DNA of 63,586 nucleotides, filler included, from Asterionella formosa (GCA_002256025.1; 5 parts of 5 records of this genome joined end to end with filler, not necessarily neighbours in it), one strand, 5' to 3'. Shown: positions 25,024 to 38,533, numbered from the whole stretch's first letter. Numbers and translations are program-made. The notes: generated from the letters alone by a model not told the origin.

Positions 25024-26563
25024 GCAAATGCTTGATTTACTAATTAAAGAAAATATATTACCATTGCTTGTGAGAATATGTGAGAATACAACGCAACTCT
25101 TTGGTAGTCAAACCTGCGCATCTATTAGAATAGATCCTCTTTTCATGTTCCTCGGATTGAGCTTGACAAGGGACCTAGTTCGAAGAAGTTATGGGTGACT
25201 GCGGTTCTGTTGTCTCCCTTTATGGAATGAAAAAACTCCTCTGAATTGAGATGTCCCATCTCATAACATGTTGGGCTATTCAAAGGTGCGACCCTAGTTG
25301 AAAATACAATGTCAAAAGAAAATGCACTATAGAGCACCTTTGTTAGCCCACCTTGACATTTGAAACACTGGGTTTGCAACATGGATCCTTTCATGTATTC
25401 AATTTCCTCATTACAATATGAAGTAGTTTAACCATAAATGAAACTCACAACAGTGAGATTGGGTAAGTAGATGGGTTCATGTAAGTAGCCATACTACAGT
25501 ACCTGCTCCTAATTAGAGTACATGCATCTTAATCTGCTGGAGCATGAAACAATTCTCCTGTAAGCTGAGTGTTGAGAAGGGAGTGCAGCAGTTGAGTATA
25601 CAGCCAAACTACCAGTTTTACTATATTTTTACTTGTCTACACCTGGTCCTTTAGAGATAGCAAGTGAGAGTACAGCTATATCCCTAGACTCTAGCTAGGA
25701 AGAGTTGTTATTGAGTATATATCTATTGCTTCTTGCTTATAAGGTATTATTATGATGCATTTTTGGTTTTGTGTTCTCCTTCTGCAAGGTGGGGGGGGGG
25801 GGTTTACCAATTCGCCACGTATTCCCACTGCTTTTGTGGTAAGGCAGGCGGTAATTTTTTGAGGATTGAAGTTAGTACACCACACCGCATATGGCTGTAC
25901 CAATGGAAAATGCTTTAGGGCCATTCTTATCATTTTTCATCATTTATCACTTTATTTGAAATTTGTTGAAAATGTATCAGCAATGGTGACTCGATTTGAA
26001 CTGAATTTCATCCATTCCAAACATGAAATTGTATCACTAATTTGTATCACAGTGTTTCATGGTGTAACAAGGGCTGCCAACTGTGACAGGCCAGTGACAA
26101 GCATATTGAAAAATCTGAGTGGCAATGTGAATATATAGCGTTTGTATAGACATATAAAAACCGGTATATAATAACTGATTAACAGAGACTACCAGTATAC
26201 ATGTATGCTACTGGAAGACTTGTTAACGCCTTGTCGTCAATGCATTGACCATGCATGGTGTTAATCTCGAATGTATCCATCAAAATGGCAAACAAGTCGT
26301 TGTGCTTTGAAGTCTAATAAATCATAGTTTGAATGAAACATTGGAAAAATAATCATAGATTTACCTTTCAAATTGCATTATACAATGGAAAAAATACTCG
26401 TCAATTTATAGGCAAAGGAAACCATTAATGTCTTTATCATAAATAGCTGCACATTAAAGGTACCTTTACCAGTAGCAAGTATCAGTGCATGCATGGTATC
26501 TGGTATCCTACCATATCAATACATACCAATTCATCAAATTTGCTTCAGCATGTCATAGTATCA

Positions 26564-27551
26564 TGTCAAGAATATCTATCTCGAGTCACGAGGATTGTTG
26601 ACTCGATTGTAATCCAATAAGTCGAATCTTGTATTGCCACGCCAATCAGCTATCTAAGAACGAGATCAAAGATTGAAGATTTCTATGGAAATGGAAAATG
26701 GAAAATTGAAGAGGGTCTTTGTTGGAAGCAAAAATGCATGGAAAGGAAATATTTAGTTTAGCTTATAATCTTAGATTATCGCTTGAGGAAATAGTGTGTA
26801 AATTGACAGGAAGGTCAATTACGGGTACCAGGTACCTAGTTTATCTAGCATGAAGGCTAGGAAGCGGAGCAGAGAGACAGGCTAGTAGTACTTGGTAGCA
26901 CGTAAGAATCTACGTTAAGAAACCTAGCCTGCGGGAAGGAGGACGAAGCTTTTTAACAATACAGTATACCTATATTATGCATGAATAACTGGCATCTGGA
27001 ATCATACAACAAAATATTTCGTCACAGCATGTGTACTTAAATGCACACCGTCACCTGCCGTCACATTTATTATGTTTACGTTAAATTCTTCTGCAGTCTG
27101 ACTGCAATGCTAGCTCTTTCTAGACAAGCTCAGTGTATTAAAACCTTCTTCTGTTCTAATCCCACCTTATTGTGAGCTTATTTGATCTATCTTGTAATTG
27201 TTCACATGACCAATTATTAAGGTTCTCTTCCCAAATTTGTATATAGATATTCATTGTGTTGTTAGACAGCATTCAATTCTCAACTGACAACTCAACTCCA
27301 CTCACTTAGTAGAACAATCGTGAATATTCAATGCTATCTGCATTGCATGTATACCTTTCCTTCCTTGAAATATTGATTACTTAGAACATTCTCCATTCGA
27401 ATATTTACCTTGGTTTGCTGATATAGTTCTTGGCAATCAATGCTGTTCAAATTCTCACAGCATTTGCTTCAATACGGGATTTTGGCTGGAATAAAATTCA
27501 AGATAGATTAGTTCGACTGAACTAATATGCACACAGTACTAAATCTTGACA
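26564..27551 (-). repeat. 3' LTR (988 bp) of a Copia element
   Basis: Bounded by the 8-bp inverted termini TGTCAAGA (26564) and TCTTGACA (ending 27551). On the minus strand it is preceded by the polypurine tract AACAGGGAGGA. Confidence 0.85.
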
Positions 27552-28882
27552 TCCTCCCTGTTCCAGTTCCAACAATCCATTGTCCCATTGCAAATATCAT
27601 ATGCATGCGATTCATGCACCTTCTGAGTTACATTCTTTGACAGCAGGTCACTAGGGATTTCAGATGTTTGTACATAGACCACAACAACATATCCATCTTC
27701 AGTCTTCTCACGTATAAAATGATATCTGACATCAATATGCTTTGTCCTTGATCCAACTTGTTGGTTTTTGCTTAGGAAAATCGCTCCAGTGTTATCCTCA
27801 GCAATTATTGCTGGCAGTTCCACATAGTAGACCTCATCCAATAGATTTGTAACAAATGTAGTATCCTTGACACCGTCGCTTAGGCTGACATACTCAGCTT
27901 CTGTGCTTGATGTTGTTACAATGTTCTGTCCTTTGGATGACCAAGTCACCAAGGAGCGTGCTCCAATAGTTCCGAGATATGCACTTGTACTTTTGCGAGT
28001 ATCAGGGTTAATTGCAAATGCACTGTCAACAACATCCATTGGGCGCATTTCTTTAGGGGTTCGCATCTTCATATGCCGATGTTTCTTGTCTGCATATAAG
28101 AATTCCAACAGACGTTCAACCGCCTTCCAATGAGCCTCTCCTGGATTCTCCAGATGCTGAGACAATTCTCAACATGCATTGGCACAAATTGGAGATATCT
28201 TCTTTACAAAGTATAAGATTTTTCCAACCATGGATCTGTATTCACTATGTAGAACAGTGTGGGCATCATTCTTGGACAAACTTGTACCTGGCAATCCGGG
28301 AGTTGGTGCAATTGCGGGATAACGTCCAAAGAGATTCTTATAGTCTTCAAACATTCCTTCAACGAAATCCTCCATAGTAGATTCAAGAAATCTTCCATCA
28401 GCATCCTCTCCCCAGTCATACCAAACTCCTAAATGTTTCTTGATTGGTCCGAGTTCCTTTATGGTGAAATACTTCTTGGCTTCAGCCTTAAGCCAGTCAA
28501 CATCGGCTTGTTCTCCTGCAACAATGCAGTCATCAACATAGATACAAACAATTAGAACCAATTTCAAATCACGTTTCAAGAAGAAAATGCATGGATCCAC
28601 TTTGCTCTGTTTCATTCCAATGAGAATCAGACGCTCCACAAGTTTCTTGTACCACTGTCGCGCAGCCTGCATCGTTCCATACATGGCTTTACTTAGAAGA
28701 ATACAATTTTCTGAGACAACCTTGTTGTCTTCAAAGCCAAACTCAACAACGCCTTCAGGCCATTCAAGGTAGATGTCTTCCTCTAAATCTCCTTCAAGAA
28801 AGGATGCTTCGACGTCAATGACCTCCAAAGTCCATGTCTTCTTGTGCATGGTGATTGCAAAGACAACTCTGATACTTGTATC
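27539..28882 (-). mobile_element. Ty1/Copia pol (RT-RNase H) with one in-frame stop; runs into an assembly gap
   Basis: IDVEASFLEGDLEEDIY, KAMYGTMQAARQW, YVDD, SSTEAEY, EDNTGA and RTKHIDVRYHFIRE. The two ORFs are in one frame, separated by TGA at 28169-28171. Confidence 0.95.
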
Positions 28883-28926
28883 NNNNNNNNNNNNNNNNNN
28901 NNNNNNNNNNNNNNNNNNNNNNNNNN

Positions 28927-28938
28927 TTAATTAATTAA
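28927..28938. other. Artificial scaffold linker TTAATTAATTAA inside an N-gap (also 57893-57904, 59807-59818, 61719-61730)
   Basis: An identical palindromic 12-mer with stops in all six frames sits between N-runs at four places. Confidence 0.95.
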
Positions 28939-31900
28939 NNNNNNNNNNNNNNNNNNNNNNNNNNNNNNNNNNNNNNNNNNNNATGCGATCATCATGACGA
29001 ATTTAATTAACTCATAAATCGAAAAAGAAATTCGGTTTTGGTCTACAAACAGCAGCCAGTTCAACTCGAAAAATGTAATATGATTTGATTTGCATCCAAT
29101 TGTTAAATCAAGAACAAACATAGCTTATTTAGTTGTTGGATAAAATCTAGAATCATAATAAAGAATAGTAAAGCATATGGAAAGTGAAAATATTTTTGGC
29201 CTCATTGACATGATTAAAAATAATTCTAGTAAATTGAGTGAAGTTTTTTCGAAAAAGAGAAGGCTGGAACGACAAGCTGTCAAACATTGAAAGTGGTTCT
29301 GTTGAGTAGTGCTATAGGAAAATTATGTTTGCGTGATGGAGGAAAGGAAAAGGTTTGTGACAAAAGGAAATAATATATTTATGCTAATCTAAAAAATAGA
29401 ATATTGAAAATTTAAATTGATATGCTTTACTACTTAACTTGTTTAGATTGTGCATTTTGACCTGCATCAACCAGTCAATGACTTTCTGCAAGGTCAACCA
29501 AGCGCAATAAGCATTATCCAAGAGGCTAATTGATGGGAGCAGGCATCGAGTATTGTGAATCACTGTCCTATCATGACGTTAATTCATGTGTATGACTGTT
29601 TGTCTGTGAACACATAGCTTGTGTTCTTGTTCTATTCTCTATATCTAGATATTCTACTTTAAATATATTCTAATCACTCTTTTAACATATCCCCCTTCCA
29701 AAATCCTACTGAGCTTGCTTGTCAGGTTCGTTAATTTACTTACCCTTATCCTCTCTTCTTCCTTCATCCTCGTCGTACTTCTTCATCGTTCCCTCTTTCA
29801 CAACATCGATTCATGCAGCAATGAAATGATGAAACAATGGTGCTATGATGTGTGCTTGAGTTGATAGTGATGCATATATCAAAATTCTTTCAAACATACG
29901 TATACTCAAGAAAAACTTATCCGGGTGCACAATACAGTATTCCATAAATTTTTTATGCCGTTGATAGAGTGCTACTACAATATAGTACCAGGTAGCTACC
30001 AGACAATCGTCCGGGAGAACGCTGTGAAGGAGATCTTCACTATCATAACTTCAACGGGGAATCATTAGCTTCACCATGTTTGTCTTGATGATCAACAGTT
30101 TGATCATTTTCTCAAATAATGGACGATTTTCCGGTGGAGCTGCNNNNNNNNNNNNNNNNNNNNNNNNNNNNNNNNNNNNNNNNNNNNNNNNNNNNNNNNN
30201 NNNNNNNNNNNNNNNNNNNNNNNNNNNNNNNNNNNNNNNNNNNNNNNNNNNNNNNNNNNNNNNNNNNNNNNNNNNNNNNNNNNNNNNNNNNNNNNNNNNN
30301 NNNNNNNNNNNNNNNNNNNNNNNNNNNNNNNNNNNNNNNNNNNNNNNNNNNNNNNNNNNNNNNNNNNNNNNNNNNNNNNNNNNNNNNNNNNNNNNNNNNN
30401 NNNNNNNNNNNNNNNNNNNNNNNNNNNNNNNNNNNNNNNNNNNNNNNNNNNNNNNNNNNNNNNNNNNNNNNNNNNNNNNNNNNNNNNNNNNNNNNNNNNN
30501 NNNNNNNNNNNNNNNNNNNNNNNNNNNNNNNNNNNNNNNNNNNNNNNNNNNNNNNNNNNNNNNNNNNNNNNNNNNNNNNNNNNNNNNNNNNNNNNNNNTA
30601 TCCATCTCCTTTTAGAATCGACGCAAAAACCGGGTCGGCTGTGGTTGCATATGTAGATTTCTTCTCGTTATAGTTGGGTACTGGCCTTAGCGAGCTTGAC
30701 TGAGAAGTTCTCCGATTTTTGCATCATGGCCGATTCCACATCATCGCGATTGTATTTTGTGGCCGTGATTGCCTATATTTTCCTCATGTTCCTGTTAGAA
30801 TGTCGGTTCCTTATATCGCTTTAGTAGCACTACGACATGATAGTGATGCTATCATCGATTTGCTAGAATCGTTGCATATAGACCGGAGCAAACAGAAGGC
30901 GGTGCCTATGAACTCACAAAGAGTGTACTGAGTACATGAATATGTACGCACTGATGACAGAATTTTACCGGTGTATAATTATTATGCAACTGAAAAACTC
31001 ATATATTTTGCTTGCCGGCATTATGATGACAACCATTGAAACAAATGAAAATTGTTGATTTTCTAGCATGAAGTTATGTTATCATTAGTCCTTTGAGTAG
31101 AATAAATTATTCGATAATATATTATGAAACGAATTTCATGGTCGCTTCTATATTTGTTTAGATATAGTCGAATGTGTAAATTCAGAAAATTGATAATGGC
31201 GATCAACACTAATGATGATTTCTCGATACCTCTTTGTTGCATCATGACGCGACACTTTCGAGCAGATGCGCCATTCTACCATATACTATAATCTAGACGA
31301 GATTAAATTCAAAACCAATTATTGATTTATAATTCAATATTGAACTGTGAAAAATTGTCTTTCATTATTTTCATGCCTTTGTCGATCAACATCACCGTCA
31401 TAACGTTGACACAGCTTCATGCATAGCCAGCAAGTATGGTATGACCTAAATATTTTATGTATGAGGATTGTCAAACAACAAGTGGTAGGCTGTCACGCAA
31501 TAGACGTTATTAACTATTACTTAAACCGTCACCGAAATCAATAACTAAAGTTGCATTTGACCCGAAACAAAATATAAATAATGGAGTATCATCGAAAAAG
31601 ATTATTATTATGGAAATAAAAAATCGAAAGGGATAATAAATAAAGGGTAGTAGTCAGTAACGGAATAATGATTTTGTGGCATAAAAAAATTTGCGGCAAC
31701 AATAGGGTAATCGGGTGAAAAAATGGAATATCAAAGTCTCCTCATTTATGTATTAAAACCCAAAATATTTAGAATCATCCTTATAGCTAAGGCAAAACAA
31801 TGACATTAGATCCTTTCATATCTCTAGAAATATTGAATTCACCCAACAAATAATCAGACCTTGTTCTACCTGCTGTTGAGATGACGAGCTACAATAAGCT

Positions 31901-33700
31901 TCGTGCTTGTTTCAACATTACCATGCAATCGAACTAAAGTAATCTGAGTTGTAACATAGGTAAAATAAGGATGACTCTCAGGTTTTAGGTGGTACCATCA
32001 GGGTACCCAGGTACTCAATAGGTGGGTACCTGGTACTGAAGTAGCATGTAAAAACTGAGGCTCATCCTTATGTATGGGTCCTTTTTTACTATGAGTCATC
32101 ATTAAACAGGGTAATAACAAATTTTGGGAAGAATATTAGAGATATGTTGATTCTGTCACAGATGTTCCTTGGCATGTATGGAGGAGTAAAAGAGAGATGC
32201 AATCTACTACTCCATGAGATTGCTCACACTCAGGGCAGTGAAGCAACAAAACGTGACGCTGACAAAATCGACTTGGAGGTAACTAAAGCGGTACTTTTTC
32301 TGAGGTAACCAAAACAGTACTTCATACAGAAACGAAAGTTTCTAATTTCCATTTGGGATATGGATTATCCCCTGCTTTGGAAACTTCAGGACAAAAGGTA
32401 ACCTTTTGAAGAAATTGCTCATATGTATTCAAATCTGGGAGAGATCCCGCAGAGGAAATCCCCAAACTTCATCGGCAAGAATTTGGATTGAAAACACATG
32501 ATGGTCTGGGAAATAAGATTTATTTTTCGAGGTTAGAGGATGCAAGAACGGCTTAACACCTACATCAGGATTCAACTCATGAAGTGAGAAAGGAATATCT
32601 AGATGTAAAATGTATGGGAGCAGTAGAGAAACATGATAAATAATGGGAGGAAGCTTTGAAAGCTATTAGAGAGGCGCTACTATAAAATTTAATTGACAAT
32701 TTTTTAACAATGATGGAAAATCAGCTTTTGACAGAATTTTTCCTTCTTCCATTGGTGGGTTCTTCTTCTTTTAAGTCCAACACATCAAGTCTCATCAGGA
32801 TCAGGACTCAGATAACAAGAAATTACCATTTGCAGCTAAATTGAACTGTGGCTGGATGGGAAAGGTTGGCCGCTAAGGTTTGCAACTGCAACAAGTGTAA
32901 TATGACAATGAAAGGGACTTATACACTACCCCCAGATCATAGAGCATTCTTGATACTACAGGCAAATTGGATCACAAGAAGTCACTTGTCCAACACGGNN
33001 NNNNNNNNNNNNNNNNNNNNNNNNNNNNNNNNNNNNNNNNNNNNNNNNNNNNNNNNNNNNNNNNNNNNNNNNNNNNNNNNNNNNNNNNNNNNNNNNNNNN
33101 NNNNNNNNNNNNNNNNNNNNNNNNNNNNNNNNNNNNNNNNNNNNNNNNNNNNNNNNNNNNNNNNNNNNNNNNNNNNNNNNNNNNNNNNNNNNNNNNNNNN
33201 NNNNNNNNNNNNNNNNNNNNNNNNNNNNNNNNNNNNNNNNNNNNNNNNNNNNNNNNNNNNNNNNNNNNNNNNNNNNNNNNNNNNNNNNNNNNNNNNNNNN
33301 NNNNNNNNNNNNNNNNNNNNNNNNNNNNNNNNNNNNNNNNNNNNNNNNNNNNNNNNNNNNNNNNNNNNNNNNNNNNNNNNNNNNNNNNNNNNNNNNNNNN
33401 NNNNNNNNNNNNNNNNNNNNNNNNNNNNNNNNNNNNNNNNNNNNNNNNNNNNNNNNNNNNNNNNNNNNNNNNNNNNNNNNNNNNNNNNNNNNNNNNNNNN
33501 NNNNNNNNNNNNNNNNNNNNNNNNNNNNNNNNNNNNNNNNNNNNNNNNNNNNNNNNNNNNNNNNNNNNNNNNNNNNNNNNNNNNNNNNNNNNNNNNNNNN
33601 NNNNNNNNNNNNNNNNNNNNNNNNNNNNNNNNNNNNNNNNNNNNNNNNNNNNNNNNNNNNNNNNNNNNNNNNNNNNNNNNNNNNNNNNACTGAATTCATC

Positions 33701-34489
33701 ATGGCATCCTCAGGCTCTGGTTACGATCTATCCTCTTCCACATTTTCTCCTGATGGACGAATCTTTCAAGTAGAATACGCTTCGAAAGCAGTGGAGCACG
33801 CCGGAACAGCAATTGGCATTCTCTGCGAGGACGGAGTTGTACTTGGCGTCCAAAAGCCTCTCTTACACAAGCTCCTCGTGGAGTCCTTCTCGCAGCGTAT
33901 CCATACAGTTTCTGGAAATGCTGGAGTCGCTATGACTGGCTTTGTTCCAGATGGACGACAAATCGTCAATCGAGCACGCGAGGAATCAGCAAGTTTTGTG
34001 GAGAATTATGGAGCGCCAATTTCCCCTTCCATGCTTGCTGACCGAATGGCGAGCTTCGTGCACTACTGCACCTTGCATGGATCGCTCCGGCCATTTGGAG
34101 CATCAACACTCCTGGCTGGATATGATACCGAGACAAAGACGCCTAGTTTGTACATGATCGAGCCAAATGGAGTTGCGTACGGATACTACGCATGTGCGGC
34201 TGGAAAGGGGCGCCAACCGGCTAAGACGGAACTGGAAAAGCTCGACTTGCACAAAACTCCAATTAATTGCGAGGATGCAATCAAACAGATTTGTCGCATC
34301 ATTTACATGCTCCACGATGAAGCCAAGGACAAGGCATTTGTGTTAGAACTTTCGCAAATCTCGGAGAAAACTGGCTGGAAGCACCAGGGAGTACCTAAGG
34401 ATCAGATCGCTGCCTCCGTTGCATGGGCGAAGGAACAACTGGAAGAAGATGAAGACGATGAAGAGGAGGAAGAAGGCATGGAAGAGTAA
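33701..34489 (+). CDS. PSMA3: 20S proteasome subunit alpha-7 (alpha type 3)
   Basis: GSGYDLSSSTFSPDGRIFQVEYASKAVE, DGRQIVNRAREE, RPFG, GKGRQPAKTELEKL and an acidic tail. Confidence 0.97.
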   Translation: MASSGSGYDLSSSTFSPDGRIFQVEYASKAVEHAGTAIGILCEDGVVLGVQKPLLHKLLVESFSQRIHTVSGNAGVAMTGFVPDGRQIVNRAREESASFVENYGAPISPSMLADRMASFVHYCTLHGSLRPFGASTLLAGYDTETKTPSLYMIEPNGVAYGYYACAAGKGRQPAKTELEKLDLHKTPINCEDAIKQICRIIYMLHDEAKDKAFVLELSQISEKTGWKHQGVPKDQIAASVAWAKEQLEEDEDDEEEEEGMEE

Positions 34490-35509
34490 TCTACGGGTAT
34501 GGGTGAAGGGTAATACTGTAGTAGTCTGCCAAATTTCGTATCATTTTTTCGATTGATCTACTCTTTTGCGACGAGTGTTTAGTGTTAAAGCTTAGAGACA
34601 TCCTTATGGGCAGACTCCGCTGGAATCATGGTCTCGCTCGCTTCATTTTTACATTCGCAAAGAACTTGTACGGAATACAATTTTTATTTTGAAGCCGAGT
34701 AAAACATCTCAGCACCGCCCAGATCACATTATCAAGTTTGTGTATTTGTAGATAGTCGAGAAGTGATGCATAGCTAGCTATCGTAGCAATATCTGTTATT
34801 CATCATCGTCAGTCCCTAGGTTACGGGGTGTACCCGGTAAGAGTACTAGTACGAGACTACCAAGGAGTACCACCTATCTCCGCCTAGGGTGCAAATTATC
34901 CAACCGGTATATAATTAGACCAATCAGACTTAATTAACTCTAAGGTGAGCGAGAGTTGTTTGAAACAAAAGAAACGGCCGGTGATCAAGGAGAGTGACCT
35001 TGATGTACCATGTGCAACACATTCAATTATGCTGTGCATTAACATGTGAGCGAAGTTGAGTTTCAAACTGAAAATGTGAGCGACGTCTCACATTTTATAA
35101 CTCATCAACATTTAAACGTAAGGAAAAATCCCATCTTGTCGTCCCGTTGATTATATATTGAGTATCCGAGAAAGATGTGTTTTTATTGTGAACGAGAAAT
35201 ACTTTACTGTCAACCTTGAGAATTGATACAACACTTGAAATAGGCTTTCGTGGAAAAAGTAAACACAGTATCGCATCATGTAGATCAAATCGGCGACAAA
35301 TTATTACAAACTCATTTTACTGTATTAACAACAAAAACTTGTAAAACAACGAGCCTTTCAACGATCTCCTTGCCATGATTCTCGATACCAATTTCTTCTT
35401 TGTTGAATTGAAATTTTGAGTGAACATGACAGTTTCCACTGTTTCCTCGCTTCCCTTTGATTTCTAACCATCATTCATTTCCCTATCACGCAACTATGAA
35501 TACAGAGCA

Positions 35510-37096
35510 ATGAAACATTCTCAAAACATAGTCGGAGGAAATCATCATCGCGAGCTTCAACCCATCGCAGTTGAAGCACTACTGAAACAACTTGGCGAGA
35601 AAAACCAGTCCATCGATGTTCGTATCGATGATGATGAAAAGTTCGCCGTCAAATCTGCTTCTGGGAAGGAGAGCTTTCTAATTCATCCCACAAACAAAGT
35701 TCTTTTCGATCCAATGAAGGCCCAATCAACCCTTGATCCTGGAAGGTTCGTTTACATGGGAAATGATGAATACTGTGCGACCGACGACACGACGAGACTT
35801 GTCTGTCACGAAGAGTTTAAGCGCTTCATATTCCTTGCCATGCAAGTCAAGAATTTCCAAGATGCGATGAACCGTGGATCAACAGCTACACCAACTGAGC
35901 TTGCCGAGTCTCTCGATCACTTAGAAGCTCACCAACTGATTGATCGCATGATAAATGCCCAGTCGCCGCACCGTGTTGAAGAAAGCAAAATCATTCGCAG
36001 AGGCGTTCATCCAAATATCGATGAGCTCCTGGATAAGATGACGAATTCCCTCATCATTCATTACCGATATCTTGAAGAGGAGTTCCACCGGAACGAAGAA
36101 AACTTTTCAGGTGATGTTACGAGCACTCGAAAGCGCAAAGCAGCCTCAAAGTCTATTGCTAACAAGTATACAAAGGACCGAACTGATTACTTGTATGAAT
36201 GGATGGATGACAACGCCCATCATCCATACCCAAACACCGAGGAAATTGAGTTTTTAGCAATGGGGTCTGGCCTTCTCGTCGATCAGGTGAATAACTGGGC
36301 GACCAATGTTCGTAAACGGAAAGTAAAAGCAATGGCTGACCAGAGCAAGAAACCCACTGATTATCTTGATTTTCGTTTCCTTGCTGAGCATAGAGACAAA
36401 GAGTTTAGAAACGGATCGTCCGAGAAGTCCGGACGCCCGACATGTAAAATTAGTGGCGGCAGTCCCTACTCAGGTGTAATCCAAGGGAACCACAGTACTG
36501 TTTGTGCAGGCGTCATCCCAGACTTTGCCCCTAGCATTGTGCTCCCAGCGCAGTCAAAACCTGGTGGCAATCTTCGTTCAAACATAACACAGAATTACAG
36601 ACAAGGTAGCTTTGCCCTTGTAACTCCAGCACCTGAAAAGGTGTACTCCAACGTTGTGTTCCAGGCTTCGCGATCTGTGCCACAACCGGCTTTTCCATGT
36701 ATGACACTGTCAATCGGTGAAGAGTTTGCGGAAGAAGCGAAGATGGAGTTGGCTTCCAACCTCGCAAATCATTCAATGCATAACAGCGACCTAGACGGTG
36801 GTGGTATGCTGCCACTTTTCGATGATGATACATTTGAACCCCTTGCATTCTTCACTAATAGGTGGTCGCACATCAACAAGCAAGTGGACGAACCCACAGC
36901 GTTGAAGTCGATGGCCGTTCAACATCACGATTTTGCCTGGTCACAAGGCGAAGATGAGAGCAAACCTGAGGAAGACGCGCAGTCATATAGCACGCATGGT
37001 CGTTTTGATTTGGCGAGCACAGCAATCGAATTTCGCATTCCCGACACTGAAGAGCATGGGGACCTCATGTATAATTTCTCTCTCGAACAGGTGTGA
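35510..37096 (+). CDS. TALE-class homeodomain transcription factor
   Basis: 528-aa ORF containing LYEWMDDNAHHPYPNTEE...QVNNWATNVRKR (PYP loop and helix 3). Confidence 0.88.
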   Translation: MKHSQNIVGGNHHRELQPIAVEALLKQLGEKNQSIDVRIDDDEKFAVKSASGKESFLIHPTNKVLFDPMKAQSTLDPGRFVYMGNDEYCATDDTTRLVCHEEFKRFIFLAMQVKNFQDAMNRGSTATPTELAESLDHLEAHQLIDRMINAQSPHRVEESKIIRRGVHPNIDELLDKMTNSLIIHYRYLEEEFHRNEENFSGDVTSTRKRKAASKSIANKYTKDRTDYLYEWMDDNAHHPYPNTEEIEFLAMGSGLLVDQVNNWATNVRKRKVKAMADQSKKPTDYLDFRFLAEHRDKEFRNGSSEKSGRPTCKISGGSPYSGVIQGNHSTVCAGVIPDFAPSIVLPAQSKPGGNLRSNITQNYRQGSFALVTPAPEKVYSNVVFQASRSVPQPAFPCMTLSIGEEFAEEAKMELASNLANHSMHNSDLDGGGMLPLFDDDTFEPLAFFTNRWSHINKQVDEPTALKSMAVQHHDFAWSQGEDESKPEEDAQSYSTHGRFDLASTAIEFRIPDTEEHGDLMYNFSLEQV

Positions 37097-37355
37097 CTGT
37101 TGAAAACGCAACTGCGATGGGTGGACTAAATTGTTGCGGTAAAGCGGTGTTGTACTGGAACACTGTGTGGGAATATGAGACCCTCCTGCGACGTGGAAAC
37201 TCACACAAAGCAGAGAACATATGAAAATGAGATGACATCAACACTTGTAATTGCAGATATCTAAACTAAGCAAGTAAAACGAGAGTGAAAAGTTAGAAAA
37301 GATAACTATGTAAAAGTCAATTTTGAGAGCGAAGTTCCGACGACAACGTACACGC

Positions 37356-38064
37356 TTAGCTGAACATGCTCTTGATGTTGTCAAAGAAGCCCTTTTGCGC
37401 CTTTATTTCTACAAGGGTAATCGGGAGGTCATCGCTCAGGCCCTTGAAGGCAATTTTGTACCCAAACTCAAGTTCATTCTTGGATTTCTTCAACTGAGGG
37501 TATCCCCGTACAATGGTGCCAAGTAACTTATCAGAATCTTGGGCAAGGGAACCCCCAATACCCTCGTCTAGCTGCTTCTTGGCCATGCCGGCAAAAATGC
37601 CTCCGTCGGCATAGCTGGTGCACAACGCTTTGGACCTATCGTCTCCCTTAAATGAGCCGCAAGGGTACCACATCTGTCATTCGTGAGAACGAAATTGAGA
37701 GCAGTCATGATGAGTACAATAATTCCGTGCAACGAGAAGCATTGTGTTGATCAGTGTTGGCAGGTCGACGTACATTCGCTCGTGGTGTTCTGACATAAAG
37801 GTTGAACACTGGAAAGCCATCAGGTCCAGGTTTAGTCGCAGCAATCATCTCCTCTCTCATGGAAGCCATCTCCTTCTGTTTCGCATATTGCGATCTCATT
37901 TGGGGAGGCATGTTGAGCTTCCCCTTCTTCATTTCCAAGCCCGCAGAATTCGCAGCACCTGACACGAGCACCTTTCCCCCAAATCCGGAAACGTTGGATC
38001 CAACATAAGCGCTGGCTGTGGCCAACAGGGAAATGGCAGCAACGATGGCGAGAGAGCGAAACAT
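37356..38064 (-). CDS. Plastid-targeted HHL1-like protein (~202 aa), 2 exons
   Basis: Signal peptide ending ATASA-Y (ASAF-type bipartite presequence). Intron 37773-37674. The spliced core PVFNLYVRTPRAN/MWYPCGSFKG...YPQLKKSKNELEFGYK resembles the HHL1 family. The gene model is solid; the family call is from memory. Confidence 0.75.
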
Positions 38065-38533
38065 GGCAGTTGGGACTTCAAGAGCGTTATCTACAATCGA
38101 TTGTTTATGGATAAACCTTTATGGATGAGGAGCGCTGAGCGAAACGTTTCATTTTACCGAACACCAGGGACCCTGGTACAAGGGTACCAGTACCAGGACT
38201 CCTTGGAAACGAAATACAGTCGCTACCTGGTGCTCCTATACCTGTTCCAGTACCTGGTACCGTACCAGGTACCTCTTCCTTATTTTACCAATCAACAATA
38301 ACCTTCCCGATAGTCACATGTATATACTGCAAAAGGACAGGATATGACACGTATGAAGCACGTACGGCCAATAGAATATAAAAATGTGCTACTGTATGTA
38401 CCTGGCAGCAACAGATATTCCGGTATGCTGCACAACAAGGTACGTGGTAGCGAAACTGACGTCAACCCTGGAAAAACAAGCTCATCATCAGTAATAATAT
38501 TTCAAAAAACGACTGTTTTAAGGACCATCCAAA

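Noticed and set aside
28883..33690. Long ORFs spanning N-runs and the TTAATTAATTAA palindrome as a biological site
   Set aside because: The ORFs are mostly X residues from assembly gaps, and the 12-mer is a scaffolding linker.
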